A DNA stretch of 64,000 nt from Octopus vulgaris (GCA_951406725.2 OX597833.1:8184001-8248000), one strand, 5' to 3'; positions 38,991 to 53,539 are shown, counted from the stretch's first letter. Notes: generated by a model not told the origin, from the letters alone. Numbers and translations: made by a program.

Positions 38991-39690
38991 GACATCTATG
39001 GAATGTGTGTGTATCCTTATGTTAATGTCCACATTTTCATTCTTTCGTGGACAGAATTCGTTGAGGCAGCTTTTGTTTAGTCAGCCGTGCTTCTGGTTGC
39101 CAATTCTATTCATCTCTTTCCGGATGAGTTAATGCTTCCCCATGGCCAGACATGTTGAGCATTGAAGGCCAGAAACAAACAACATTGCTTGTATAACAAC
39201 TCTTGTTTTACATATCTGTTGTACAATGTTAAGACAAGTTGAGACACACACACACACGTGAATCCAGTTCGTTCACTCACAAGGCCTTAATTGAGCTAAG
39301 GCTACAATAGAAAAGAACTTGTCCAAGGTGGTGCAGAATGGCACTGAACCTGGAACCCTAGAGTTCAGAAGTGGACTTCTCAAACCACTCAGCCTTGCCC
39401 ATGAGAAGGATGAGTAAAATCCAAAGTGTTCACCTCAGTGGCCCTTCATGCTGGAACCTGGCTAGCAGAGGGTTTCAATGGTAGGGTAAAGGCTACACCT
39501 TTTGGTTAACCAAACAATGATTTGTTGTACTCCAGTAAGTTTATTATAGGAACACCTCACCAACTCAAGGGGTGGGTTTTAAATATTAAATTTAAATATT
39601 AAAAGAGGAGTCAATTCTTTGCTCCATACAGTTATTGACTTCTCTTTCTTTGAATGAAAATTATTGTGTGCATGTGTGTATGTATGTATG

Positions 39691-39725
<35 letters not shown>

Positions 39726-40015
39726 TGGAGGCACAATGGCCCAGTGGTTAGGGCAGCGGCTTGCAGTTGTAGGATCGCGCTTTCGATTCCCAGACCGGGC
39801 ATTGTGAGTGTTTATTGAGTAAAAACATCTAAAGCTCCACAAGGCTCCAGCAGGGGGTGGTGGCGATCACTGCTGTACTCTTTCGCCGCAACTTTCTCTC
39901 ACTCTTTCTTCTGTTGGCCTGCTTGCTTAGCCAGCGGGGTGGCGTCATTGAAGGCTAAAACAATGCAAAGTGCATTGTGACCAGCGATGTGTAGCAACAT
40001 CTGAGAGCCTGGTCA
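39726..40015 (+). mobile_element. tRNA-headed SINE family C
   Basis: ggaggcacaatggcccagtggttagggc...ttcgattccc...aaagctccac. Confidence 0.82.
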
Positions 40016-41529
40016 GTATAGTGACAGTTGTGGTAAAACTAACAGAATGGCTTGAAGCATTTGTGTATTTACCATATATTTATCCAGGCACCAGTGTGGA
40101 TAAAATGGAATCTATTTCCTGACATTGCGATTTCCAGAGGTATCCATCAATGGGTGAACAGTCTTATTGGAAGACTGACCCCTCTTCTTCCTCTACCCCA
40201 TACTGCACCCCACAAGTTGATTTTAATGGCTCAATACATTAATACCTTGATATATAAATTAATTAATTCCCAGAGAAAACCTGTAAACAGAAAATACAAC
40301 TCGTAAAAGCTCATAAGCCTGGGGTCTCGTAAAGTGAGGTATTGCTGTATTTATCTTTCTTTAAAGTTAAAATTTTGTTGGTCCTCAGTAGAATTGTTAG
40401 GGCACCAGAGCCTCTCAAAGGTCCTCTGTGTCTGTGATCCTTTTGGAGTTGATAAAAGGAAGTACCGTTCAAGTACGGGGAGAAGGTGATATAGTCGAAG
40501 CCATGTTCTCTCTCTCTGAGAATCTGTGACCTTGAGCTAAAGGTAGAAGTCAAGAGTTAGTATTAAAGATAAATTTCAACAATATTTGTTTAATGTCAGA
40601 GATTAATTAGCAAAACAATGTTTTTCAGAGTTGAACTTGTCTAACGAGTGTGACCTGGTGTGAAGCCATGGGTTAAAACTGAAATCCTTCTGACATTTTT
40701 AAACTGGTTCAACCTTTGGCATTCTGAGATTTAACAATTATTTATTCACATTGGTTTGAATTAATCATGCATCATCTCGTAGCTTTGAGGTTTCGAGGAT
40801 GTGGTTGCTTATTTTTAGAATGACATTGTAGGTTCAGTGTGAGAAGCCAGCTCAGGCAGATTTGAACATAAAATAGGTGGAACATTTGGGCAGGACTTGG
40901 TTTTTAGGATCAAACAATGAAGAAATCTTGACCTCATCCTCATCGTTACTTTCGCATCCACTTTTCCATGCTTGGATCGATCAGATCTTCCGTGGCTGGT
41001 TGCCTTTCCTGTCACAAACCCTCACTTATTCCCAGCAAGGTAATATTTCCCCATTGTTGGGATATATTATCACAGACAACTGGAAACAAGACGTCTTGGG
41101 CAAGTTCCTTCAGTCTTCTGTAATCACAGGCCAACCAATGCCTTGTGAATGAATTTGAAAGATGGAAACTGCATGGAAGCCTGTCGTGTGTGTCTTTGTG
41201 TTCCCACCACCTGACAAACAGTATTGGTTTGTTTACATCCCTGTAACTTAGCAGTTTGGCAAAAGAAACTGATAGAACAAGTACCAAACTTATTTGTAAG
41301 TACTGGGGTCGATTTGTGAAACTAAACCCTCCAAATCAGTGCTCCAGGATGGCCACAGTCTTATGACTGATGCGAGTAAAAGATTAAAGATATACAGATA
41401 TCTGTGTTTCCTTGTCTTAAACTCGTGTCATCGTCAAACAATGGCGGTTGTTTCTAATCTTCTGCCCGAAGACATTCAGTATTCCTTATAAAAGATGAGA
41501 AAGGGTCAATTTTTATCCCTAGGCATCAA

Positions 41530-41955
41530 GAACAAGGGGAAAGACCACGATACAAAACTTTTAAACAACTCAAGCAACCGTTCCAACCAAACATGCTTTG
41601 GTTCTTCTCAGATGAGAAAAATTTCTGCTAGGATCAGATGGTGAACACAGAGAGCAACCGTTGGCTTGCTGTGTCCCCCAAAACATGCACCGAGAGTGAT
41701 AAAAAAACCAAACATCCAGTCACCATCATGATGTTTGGAGTGATCGCTAGTGATGGCGACAGTATGCCTCCATTCATCTTCTCACATGGCCTCAGACTCG
41801 ACACAGAAGCCTACATCAAGTGCCTGGAGGAGGTAGTGCTGCCCTGGGTCAAGAGGGTGGCTGCTGGAAGACCCTATGTCTGGTAACAGGACTCTGCACC
41901 TTATTACACAAGCAGGAGAACCCAGTCATGGCTGTCGGACAATTTCTGCGACCAC
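41530..41955 (+). pseudogene. Tc1/mariner (maT/DD37D-like) transposase fragment
   Basis: FSDEKNF...MMFGVIASDG..MPPFIF...YIKCLEEVVLPW...YVW*QDSAP catalytic motifs with in-frame stops. Confidence 0.85.
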
Positions 41956-42218
41956 AGAACGATCACGCTCGAATGGTGCTTTTTACGTGCCACCGGCATG
42001 GAAGCCATTTAGCTGCTCTGGCACCATCACACTCGGATGGTGCTCTTAGCTCTCCACTTGGATAGATGCCAGTCATCGAATTTGATTTCGATTTCACTTG
42101 CCTCAACAGATCAACAATGGCTGGCTGGGTAAGTAATACATAACCTACATTAATAATATTAATAGTATCATGTATATTGACTTACAACTATATAGTATTA
42201 TGTGATATTACATAATCA

Positions 42219-42263
<45 letters not shown>

Positions 42264-43858
42264 TTGTATGAGAGAGAGTTATTTAAGGAATGGCCCAGAT
42301 GATGCCATAATCTCGATTCTTTATTCTTTGGTAAATGCACCTCATGACATTCAATATTTATGAGGTCAAAATTACATCTGGTTCTCTCTTTGACAATCTT
42401 GCCTTCACGGATGTGGTGGTGATAGAGGTGGGGGTATCACAACATATGTGGTGGTGGTGGTGGTGGTGGTAGCAGAAGGAATATCACATAAGATGGAGTA
42501 GGAGGTGGGGGTCAGGACAACATATCACATGACATTTCTCTCAACATTTTTGCTGCAATATAATAATAAATATTCTGTTAATCTCAGACTGTAATATTAA
42601 CTCCCCATTATATTCTGGTGGATTAATTTACCATGTGATTCCATGGCTGTGGTTAAGAGGTTTCTTTTCCCCTCCAAATGGTCTGGGGTTTGTCCCTCAC
42701 TGTGCGGACACTTTTGCTTGCTGTCCTCTGCAATAGCCATGAGTTGACCAATATCTTCTCAGTAAAATCAGTCGACAGAAAAGGGATAAAACCTGCCATA
42801 TTGTGTGTGTGTGTGTGTGTGTGACACGTGTCTCACTTTACCAAGCAGACTATCAGATGTTGTTATACATTGCTGACCACAGTGCATTTCCTTTGCATTG
42901 TTACAGCTTTTAAATGATGCCACCTGGCTGGCGAGGCAGACACGCCAATGTATATCCATGTATGTGTATGTTTATGTGGATGTATATACATATATATATG
43001 TGTGTATGCATATGGTAGATGTATCTATCTGTGTCTGTTGGTGTTATGATTGTATGTATATATGTCCTGTGTACATATGTCAGTCTTTATCCAGTTTAGC
43101 TGATATTTGACATAAGGGTACATCTTTTCCATTCTGTCATCCAACATAGGGGTACGTATTTTGCAGCCAGGTAACTAACATTTAACATCAGGGTATGTGT
43201 TTCTCAGGACAAACAGATAGGGTTTTTTTAATCATTTTCTGAAATTCTTTTTCACTTCTGACCAATAAACACAACAAAAAATACCCAAGACTTTTGTATA
43301 CCCACAAACACTGTGATGGATATTAGAAATATTTACTAATTAGAAAATTAATATATCTAGAGTAATTAAGGCTCCTTAGCAGCATTTCAGTCATCTTTAT
43401 GTTCTGAGTTCAAATTCCACTGAAGTCAACTTTGCCTTTCATCTTTTTGGGGTCAATAAAATGAGTACCAGTTGAATACTAGGGTGAATCTTCTCCGAAA
43501 TTACTAGTTTTGAGCCAAAATTTGAAACCGGTATATTAAGAGTAATTAGGTTAATTAATATGGTATTTTCAAAAACGTTTCTTCAGTAAAAAAAAAAGTT
43601 AATAAAGATTGGAAATAAATTCTGTTTTGAATGGAGCTGAGTTTGAACCATCATCTCAATGGTTTGGAAGTAAGAATTGTAAAAGAGTAAACAACATCAG
43701 TGCCAGATCAAGTGAAGATTGTCTGTGAATGGTTTCAAAGTAATTTATTCCAAATAGAATTAATGCGATTATTGCATCTATTTTTGGTTAATTAATAAAC
43801 CTCAGTGAAGCCAGTCAAAGCAGCTGCTGGTCAAAGATTGTGTTGGGTGTGTGGGTGT

Positions 43859-43899
<41 letters not shown>

Positions 43900-44873
43900 A
43901 CAGCAGTGTCAGTAATTGGTGTGATCTTGCATGTGTGTGTGCGTGTGTGTGTGTGTGTGTCTAGCAATACTCTCAGTGCTAGTTGAGCAGTTGTGTAAAG
44001 TGGGTGGCCATAATTATATTTTGTAGACTTAAGTTGGCAAATGTTGAAGCTTTCCTAGTCCTTAAAAAGCAAAACTGACCATTTCCAATGTTTGAGTTGG
44101 CCTGGTGTTAATAACACCTGTTTCCCTACAATGAGGATTTTGTCTCCATCACAAAACACAGAGAATGGTTTTCTCGCGGGTTCAAATATGCCTCCTCAAG
44201 TATCTTTGAATTGGAAGCAAGTTTATGTTTCTACACCTCACCGCTTGCCTTTTCCAACTTTTACTTTCTGATGTTGTTACACGTGAAGTCAACTTGGAAT
44301 ATTGTCAACCAACATGGCACAGTGACACCTCCTGCCAATATTTCCCTACCATTTTAATTTTTTATTTTTAATAATTCTGTAAAATGTAATCTTTATTTAT
44401 TCACATTGTTTTGAATTAATCCTGCATTGTCTTATAGCTTTGAGATTTTGATGAGGTAACTGTCAATATTTAGAACGATATTGTTCGATTGATGTGAGAA
44501 GCCAGTTTGACCATAAAACAGCTGGAATATTTTGGCCGGAGGATGTGGTCAGTTTAAATGCTGAAGGCTTAAACATTTCAAGGGAAAATTCTTGGTTGCT
44601 ATGTCTAGCTTGGCAAGCTGCTCCATAGGGGCTTCCTTGTCTTGCTGCTGTCTCAAGTCCTGCTCTCTTTACAAAAGAACCATTTTGCAATGAATAGAGT
44701 CAATAAATACAATGGTTCCACACAAGAAACTAACAACGTTTCTCATTTCTTGTCTTTTTTAATGTTGCTTTGTCTTTCTCTCACAACTGCTCTCTTTTCA
44801 CATCCCATTCTCTCACCCCTCCCTCCCTCTCTCTCTCTCTCTCTGCCTCTTTCACTGTCTCTGTTTTTCCTTC

Positions 44874-44912
<39 letters not shown>

Positions 44913-45312
44913 CTGCCACCACAGTTTACCAGACAGTCTGTCCTTCTGGGAAGAAGAAAGAGAAGAGCCTCCACCAACTGGTTTCTGTGATTTCATGGGA
45001 GAACCCGACACCTCCTCCTCCCACTCCTTCCCATCCTTTCTGTCCATTTATTAGCTGGGGGGGGGGGGTGCGGCGGGGGGAGGGGGGTATCGCTTCCTCC
45101 TCTGATACAAGAAGATTAATACAAGTCTTTCTTAAAGCTTTTGTGTCCAACAAATGCGGTGGTGGCCACCGCAGCAGCAGTGGGAAATGTATTTATATCT
45201 CTTCCTGACCTTGAAAATAATCTCAATGGATTCTCAACGTCCTACTCTCCCTCTCTCCTTCCTCTCCCCACCTGCTTTCTCTCTCCTCACCACCACCTCT
45301 CTCCTGCTCTGC

Positions 45313-45345
<33 letters not shown>

Positions 45346-45772
45346 GATATATATTTTATTGACTGTAACTTTGCAGTTTTACCAGTCCTTGCAATATAAT
45401 TTTGACTTCGTTTTATATAATCCATGTTGCATCTATTTTAATTTTAAACTTAGAATCATGTTTAATTGAGTTTATTTCTGTTAAACCAGACATTTTGTTA
45501 TTTTTAGTCTTCACCGTTTTAGTTCCAACTTGGATCGATTTTCAATTTTTCAATTCTTGAAATGATAAACAAATTTGTTCCTAATTTTCTTTTTACGTTA
45601 TTTTTATATATTATTTTTCTTATATCCATTAACTTTATAGCTTTTTGATAAGACAACCTTTTTCCCTTTTAATTTTGTGAATTTTTTTCTTCTGATTAAT
45701 TCTTTCTGACTTCTTCAACCCTTTTCATTTCCAAATCCACTGCCTTTCTTTTGAAAATATTCTTTTAACCCT

Positions 45773-46607
45773 TCTACTTGTTTCAGTCATTTGACTGTGG
45801 CCATGCTGGAGCTCCGCCTTTAGTTGAGCAAATTGACCCCAGGACTTATTCTTTGTAAGCCTTGTACTTAATCTATCGGTCTCTTTTGCCGAACCGCTAA
45901 GTTACGGGGACCTAAACACACCACCATCGGTTGTCAAGCGATGTTGGGGGGGACAAACACAGACACACAAACATATACACACACACATACATACATATAT
46001 ATATACGACAAGCTTCTTTCAGTTTCTGTCTACCAAATCCACTCACAAGTCTTTGGTCGGCCCGAGGCTATAGTAGAAGACACTTGACCAAAGTGCCACG
46101 CAGTGGGACTGAACCCAGAACCATGTGGTTGGTAAGCAAGCTACTTACCACACAGCCACTCCTACGTCTAAAGAATTTATTATAAAAACTTTGTTGCTGG
46201 TGTTTGGAACTTGAGTTCATATGAAAATATATCTTTTATCTTTTCCTTGTTTCATTCATTGGACTGTGGCCATGCTGGGGCACCACCTTGAAGAATTTTT
46301 AGTTGAATGAATCGAGCCCAGGACTGTTTTTCAAGCCTGGTACTTATTCTGTTGGTCTTTTTTGCCAAACCGCTAAGTCAAGAGGACATAAACACACCAA
46401 CACTAGTTGTCAAGCAGTGGTGGGAGACAGACAGACAGACACATACACGACAGGCTTCCTTTCAGTTTCCAGCAACCAAATCTACTCACAAGGTTTTGGT
46501 CAGCCTGAGGCTGTAGTAGAAGACATTTGCCCAAGGTGCCCTGCAGTGGGACTGAACCTCAAAGCCTGTGGTCAGGAAGCAAGCTTCTTACCACACAGCC
46601 ACGCCTG
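45773..46607 (-). mobile_element. Two tandem SINE family B copies (45773-46162, 46233-46607)
   Basis: Reverse complements of family B. Confidence 0.85.
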
Positions 46608-47547
46608 TTACCTATTTAATGGGAAAAAACACTTAATTTAAATCAGGAAGTGCCAACAGATGTGAGGCCAGCCTCAAGTGGTTGGATATCGAAAGGATTA
46701 AGAAATACTAATCTCAAAGCCAAATCCACAACAACATGACCTCTGACCTTCAAATCCACTTTGGCCAGCGATGTTGTCTGTTTTCAATCAATCTAAGAAA
46801 TTATAGGATTATTTACTAATTAGAATTTGCGGAACCATAAATTAATGAGTCAGAGCTTGAGTTTCTATAGACCAGTTTTATACCTCTTGTTTATATATAC
46901 CCTCCCTGTAGGGGTAGTATTGGGGCTGGTTCTTTTTAATTGAGGCTCTGCCCCTCTACATAATCTATACCTGACAAATCTCTTCCTCGAAACCCATCTT
47001 CCTAAAATCTCCCCCATCCCTCCACCCCTATTCATCACTCACTGCATTGCTCCCCCCTTCCTTTTCACATTGTTGGTTTCATGACCTTACCCATCTCCTC
47101 ACCCTATCCATTCCTCTCTACCACTTCTATTCTCTTCTCAGGGGTTTCTTGAAGGTACAATCGACACACCTTCTTCGTCCTCCTCTTTCTCCCATTTTCC
47201 CCTTTCCCCACCTGAGTAGCCATGTACCCCCTCCTCTTTCATCACTTGGCACAAAGCTGCCACCCTCAATACCTCTCCCATTCTCAGTTGATGAGTCTTG
47301 CCCTGCAAGTTACTTGGTCACCTCAATGCTGCTGGTGCCACATACCCCCCCCCCCCCCGCCCTGTCCACCCTCTGTAAAGTGGTCGGCATTAAGGAAGAC
47401 GTCCAGCTGTAGAAACCACGCCAAAGCAGACACAAGTCTCTGACTTGCCAGCTTCTGTCAAACTCTCCAACCCATGCCAGCATGGAAAATGGACCTTAAA
47501 TGATGTTGGTGATGACTATTAAATTATGTGAATTTTTTAGAATTTCT

Positions 47548-47960
47548 TGTAGGAGTGGCTGTGTGGTAAGTAGCTTGCTTACCAGTCACATGGTTCTGGG
47601 TTCAGTCCCACTATGTGGCACCTTGGGCAAATGTCTTCTACTATAACCTCAGGCCAACCAAAGCCTTGTGAGTGGATTTCGTTGACGGAAACTGAAAGAA
47701 GCCCGTTGTATGTATGTATGTATGTGTGTGTGTATATGTTTGTGTGTCTGTGTTTGTGTGTCTGTGCTTGTCCCCCCAACATCACTTGACAACCGATGGT
47801 GGTGTGTTTATGTCCCCATAACTTAGCAGTTCGGCAAAAGATATAATAGAATAAGTACTAGGCTTACAAAGAATAAGTCCTGGGGTTGATTTGCTTGTCT
47901 AAAGGCGGTGCTCCAGCATGGCCACAGTCAAATGACTGAAACAAGTAAAAGAGTAAAGAG
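47548..47960 (+). mobile_element. SINE family B
   Basis: Highly similar to 21056-21477. Confidence 0.88.
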
Positions 47961-48023
47961 AAAGTGATGTTCATTTGTCTGATTTCTTTTTTTTTCCATT
48001 TTCTTCAGGCATCTTCTCTTTAA

Positions 48024-48603
48024 ATGGCTGACACGGCAAATGAGAATGCCGTCGACATTTCAGAAAGCGATTCTGTCCAGCAGTGCAATGAAGACCCCTT
48101 AAACTCCTCAAAGGAACTTGTTATTACGATCCAATCTCCAGACAAGTTGAATTCCTTGACATCTGATTATTCGGATGCTGAGAGAAGTTCCAACATTGTT
48201 CTGGAAAACCAGGAAATGACATCCTCCAACAACTGTTCCCCGGATCCGAAAGGTAAACTCATCATTACGATGCCTTCTCCAACCTCATCACAAATGTCAA
48301 GCGGAACCGAAACCATTCAACTGGAAATCTCCAATGGATCATCAATCGACCAGAACTCCCCTACCATGGAAATGGACCAGTCTAATATCGGATACTGTTT
48401 AGTGTGCAATGATCTTGGGTCGGGCTATCACTACTCGGCATTTTCTTGCGAGGGGTGTAAAGGATTCTTTAAACGGACTGTCCAGAAGAATTTGATTTAC
48501 AAGTGCAAAGACAGCGGCCACTGCATCATCAACAAATTCACCAGAAACAGCTGCCAACATTGTCGCTTCCAGCGTTGCCTGCAAGTTGGCATGAAAAGAG
48601 ACG
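48024..48603 (+). CDS. Orphan nuclear receptor, coding exon 1 (acidic/Ser-rich A/B region plus the entire C4 zinc-finger DBD)
   Basis: Translation [68 protein letters not shown] is a canonical NR DBD with P-box EGCKG. Polypyrimidine acceptor ttcttcag ends at 48008, ATG at 48024, donor G|GTAAGT after 48603 (phase 1). Confidence 0.96.
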
Positions 48604-51409
48604 GTAAGTAGAATATGTCCTCAAAGACACTTCTGAGTCTACTTTGATTCTTTTGCAGAGTCTATCTTTGGATTGTGCCCATGCTGGGGCACACCTATCA
48701 AAGTTGTCGTTAATCATATCAACTCAACTTGTTGTCTATTATAGATTAGCCTTATGAGTGAATTTGTTCAAAGGAAACTGAAAGAATCCCATTGTGTCAA
48801 GATATATGTTTGTTTATTTATATGCATTATACGTGTGTGTATCCTTGTCTTGACATTACGTGAGGGTTGTAAAGTGGTGGTGGTCATTTCCAGTGTTCTG
48901 TGGAAAGTTTTCTAAGTGTGGGGCAATATTACTCTGCTTGGAAACAGGTGAAGACCGGCAACAGGAAGGGTATCCTTCTGACCCATGCAAGCCTGGGAAA
49001 ATGGACATTAAAACAATGATGATGGTTACACTTTTTTTATCAACTTTTGAAGCTTAAAAGACAAAATGAATCTGGCTGGGACATAACCCTGTAATTTCCT
49101 GTAGAAATTGTACCCTGCAAATATAGCCTATAATAATTGAGGTACCTCTTCAATGTGTCATGAAAGGTACTCCATTAACATAGTCTTTATTTCTGACTTT
49201 TCATATAATCAGCAGTGGTACCACGCAGAAGTGTACCCCATTTATGCACCCTCTGTATCTGATCCCTATGCAGAAGTGATCTCCCCACAGAACTCTACCC
49301 TAGTAATGTATCCTCTATATCTGACATCTTCTGGGCCATATTCTCTCTCGGCCAGTTGCTCAATAGAAGTGACTTGGACACCAGGGTTGGGTCAAGAACA
49401 TCTCGTATCAAACATTATAGAATGACATCTAACAGTCAAAGAATAGTTGACAGGTTTAGAAAGGGACGCATGGAACAACCACCACACTGGCGCTAGATGG
49501 CTCGGCGGAGAGAGAGAGAAAGAGAAAGAAACGTGTGGAGGTCCAGTGTCGTTGGTTGTATCTTGTTGCCTTGGAGTAAGATTAACCGTGAATTTTTGAC
49601 TCAACAAACAAGCAAACACACCAAACATGTTTTGTGGGAAAATATTACAATAAACAGGTGGTTTATTGACCTTGACAGCTTTTGTTGTTGCGGTGGTGGT
49701 GCTGACCCCCACCTCCAGAAGTGGTGGTGGGTGTTTACTATTGTAGAGGCAGCACCAGTAACAATGACAATCACTTTATTGTCCATTGGTTTACTTCCTT
49801 TTTTTTTGTTTTTTGTGATTGTCCTTGACAACCATGTTTTCACTGTTGTTGTTGTTATTGTAAATGTTGTTTTACTGGTTGCTGTTGTTGTTGTTGCAGC
49901 TAAGAGTAATCCTCTTCCCTCTCCCCCACCCCCCACCCTGAAGGTCAGTGGGTGCAGCATAAATTTGCCAGAAAAGCAGGATATGGAGCACAGTTCACAT
50001 TCCCGGGGGACATCGACTCTGTAAATAAACCTGAGAAAGTCATGAACACCTCAACATTATGACCTCAACAGTATGTCAGAGATCTGCTGCCGTTACATCC
50101 TCAAGAGAGATCATCATCACTATCATCATTGTCGTTAATTCTATGTTAATGATTGCATTTTCGCAAATCTCATTTAAAAAAAAAACCCACAAACAAAACC
50201 AGCCGGTCCCTACAAATTGATTGTCGTTGCTGTTTTCTCACAGTCTGGGCCAAATACCATTGAAGGGTTTCAATGTAAGGGAGTGGCAGGGAGCGCCATT
50301 ATCAAGCAGGATATTGATGCAAACACTTCTGAAGAATTCCGTATCTGGCAACAAGAATATTTTTGCAATCTGATAAGGTGATGAGCTGGTAGAATCGTTA
50401 GCACACTGGGTGAAATACTTAACTGCATTTCGTCTGTATTCACATTCTGAGTTCAAATTCCGCCAGGGTCGACTTTGCCTTTCATCCTTTCAGGGTCAAT
50501 AAATTAAGTACCAGTTGCATACTAGGGTCGATCTAATTGATTGGGCCCCTCCCCCAAAATTTCAGGCCTTGTGCCTTGAGTAGAAAAGAGAGAGAGAAAA
50601 TAATGCCTGCATCTCAGACAAAAAGGTTTAGTGGCATTTCCTTTGGCTTTTTGCATTCTGAGTTCAAATCTTGCTGAGGTCATCTTTGCCCTTCATCCCT
50701 CGTGGGTTGATTAAATGAGGTACCAGATTCATTCACAACACTTTGGTCCACCCAGGGCTAGAGTGGTAGATGCTTGACCAAGGTGGGACTGGAACCCCAA
50801 ACCATATGATTGGGAAACAAACTTCTAACCCTAACGCAAACCTATTCCCATGTGTGTGTGTATTGGGGTGGGTCGGTCTACCCCAGCATAGAGTCACCAG
50901 TCATCTTGGCCTTTTTTCACTTCTTCTTCGAGGCTCAGCATCTTGAAGTCAGTCTTCATCGTTTCATCTCATGAATCTTCATAAATCTTCTTCTTCTTCT
51001 TGTAAATGATGATATATCATGTTGATGAGGATTATCACCATTTAATATCCCTTTTTCCCTGCTGGCATGGGTTGGACAAATTGACAGGAGCTGCCAAGGC
51101 CAGGAGCAGCAGCACCACATTCTATTTGTCTGCTTTGGCCAGGTTTCTACAGCTGGGTGCCCTTCCTACCCTTTAGAGAGGGTACTGGGTGCTTTGTACA
51201 TGGCACCAGCCCTGACAAAGTCACTGAGTTCTTTACATGAGAAAACCCCCTCAACTAGGAGGTGGGGAATAGTATTGAGGTGTGTGTGTATGGCTTTGTG
51301 TCAGGTGAGAGATTTAAAGTACAGAGGGGACATATATAAATATATATTATTCTATAACTCGGTTTCAGAAGAGACAAAATTTAGATAATCATTCTATAGT
51401 TATGATTTG

Positions 51410-51732
51410 AAGCACTCTGTTGGTTACGACGACGAGGGTCCCAGCTGATACGATCAACAGAACAGCTTGCTCGTGAAATTAACGTACAACTGGCTTAGCA
51501 CTCCAGACACGTGTACCCTTAACGTAGTTTGCAAGGAGATTCAGCGTGACACAGAGTGTGACAAGGCCGGCCCTTTGAAATACAGGTACAATTCATTTTT
51601 GCCAGCTGAGTGGACTGGAGCAACATGAAATAAAGTGTCTTGCTCAAGGACACAACGCGTCGCCGGGAATCGAACTCACAACCTTACGATCATGAGCCGA
51701 ATGCCCTAACCACTAAACCATGCGCCTTCACA
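51410..51732 (-). mobile_element. tRNA-headed SINE (related family)
   Basis: Minus head gtgaaggcgcatggtttagtggttaggg...gttcgattccc, then gtgtccttgagcaagacac. Similar copies at ~55850-56145, ~28400-28580 and ~61200-61450. Confidence 0.8.
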
Positions 51733-52081
51733 GTTATGATTTCCATCAACGCAATAAACACACCAAGTCACTCTCTTGGTGCTAATCTTAAATTTAATCT
51801 GATTTTTAATTGCTGTATCATTCTTTCTTTATTCATCCTTTTCACGTCTATTTTTACCTCATGTAATTCTTATTCCTAATCTGAATAATATGGGATCCGT
51901 TCCTTGTCTTGGTGTATTTATTGTGTTGGATGTAAATCATGACCACAGGAGGATTGTCTAAGTTTTGCTTCTTCTCAAACCAAGTTCTATAATGTCTACC
52001 GTCTCAGGTTTGACTCCAGCACTTTCAAGCAATTGTGTAAAAAAAACATTTTTCAAAAGAAAAGACAATATATTTATATAT

Positions 52082-52205
52082 ATGATGGCTGCCCCCTCGT
52101 TATCGAGTATGGCCATTGCACGAAGCTTAACTGTTACTGGTGCTGTGATTGAATGTGACTTTTTAGCCCAGCTAAAGATCTACAAAGTCTTGTACAGAAT
52201 TGGCA
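52082..52205 (-). mobile_element. LINE 3' end with C2H2 finger (RTE/BovB-like)
   Basis: CQFCTRLCRSLAGLKSHIQSQH* followed by a short 3'UTR ending gccatcat. Confidence 0.6.
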
Positions 52206-52923
52206 AAACGATGATGATGATGATGATGATATACACATATATTTAACATACAACAGTTGTTTTTTTTTGCAGTTTCCATCTATTAAATTCCTCCATGACT
52301 TTTTGATTGGCATCAAGCTATGGTAGCAGACGTCCAATGTGCTCTACATTGGGGCAGTGGGGGGGAGTGACCTTCTCATTGTACAGCCATGATTTTATAT
52401 ATATATATATATACATACACACACACACACACACGTGTGCATTCATGTATGTGTATAGGTATATATATATATGTTTATATAAAGAAAGGATGTATAAACA
52501 TGTAAAGATATATCCATACAATAATCCCCAGCGCATTATACAATCAGCACCCCCCCCCCCCACCACGACACCAGTCACCCCCCCCATTACAGAAGCTGTC
52601 ACCACGACCACCACCACAGTGTGCTGTTCTCCCTCCCCCCCCTAAACACACAGAAGAGGCCTGAGGTGGGTCCACATTGTGTGTGTGTCTGTGTGTGTTA
52701 GATTATTTGTAGTCCATTGCTCTTTCAAAGCTGTCCTGATCAGGAACATCAAATATCCTGACACTGCTTCAACTATTGACCGATGTCGCAGGACATTGTG
52801 ACACTTTGGCCTCAAATTGTGGACTGTGGTGGGATGAAGGGGGCTCCTGTGTACGTGTGTGGATTGTATGTATGTGTATATATGCACACTCACACACACA
52901 CATTTAATGTGTGTGTGTGTATG

Positions 52924-52974
<51 letters not shown>

Positions 52975-53539
52975 ATGCATACGTGTGTGTGTGTGTTTCT
53001 TTTCACTTGCTGGATCTGGGTGATGGGTCAGAATGGTCAAGACCATCTCAGCTGCTCCAAGACTAATGAGATGTGATGCCATCAACATTCTTTAGACTGA
53101 AGGAAGCCAACATCTGAAGAATTAATTGAGATCCCTGAAATAAGTCAGTAAACTTTTAAGATTTACATTGGGAAGTGAGTTTCAGAGGGATAACATTCTG
53201 GGGAAGAATGACTGGACATTGGGATTAGTGTGGTGCCTGGGGTGTCATGTGGTAAGTATTGACCCACAGGCTCAGACTGGAGCCTGGTGCAACCTCCTGG
53301 CTTCCCAGACCCCGGTCGAACCATCCAACCCATGCTAGCATGGAAAATGGATGTTAAATGACGATGATTGAGTGATAACGTGGAGGAAAGGTTTTGTTTG
53401 AGGAGAGATAACCCAAGAGGAACCTGTTTCAAGGAACAGAGGCCATTCTAGTAGTGGTACAAAAAATAAAGGGAGGAGACAGTGTGTGGGTAGGAGGGTG
53501 ATTTGTAAGGGATTTGATACCAACCAGTCAGGTGACCCT

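Noticed and set aside
39726-39800. tRNA gene (also 1890-1963, 29995-30070 and 51660-51732)
   Set aside because: A/B boxes are followed by SINE bodies and tails; these are tRNA-derived SINE heads.
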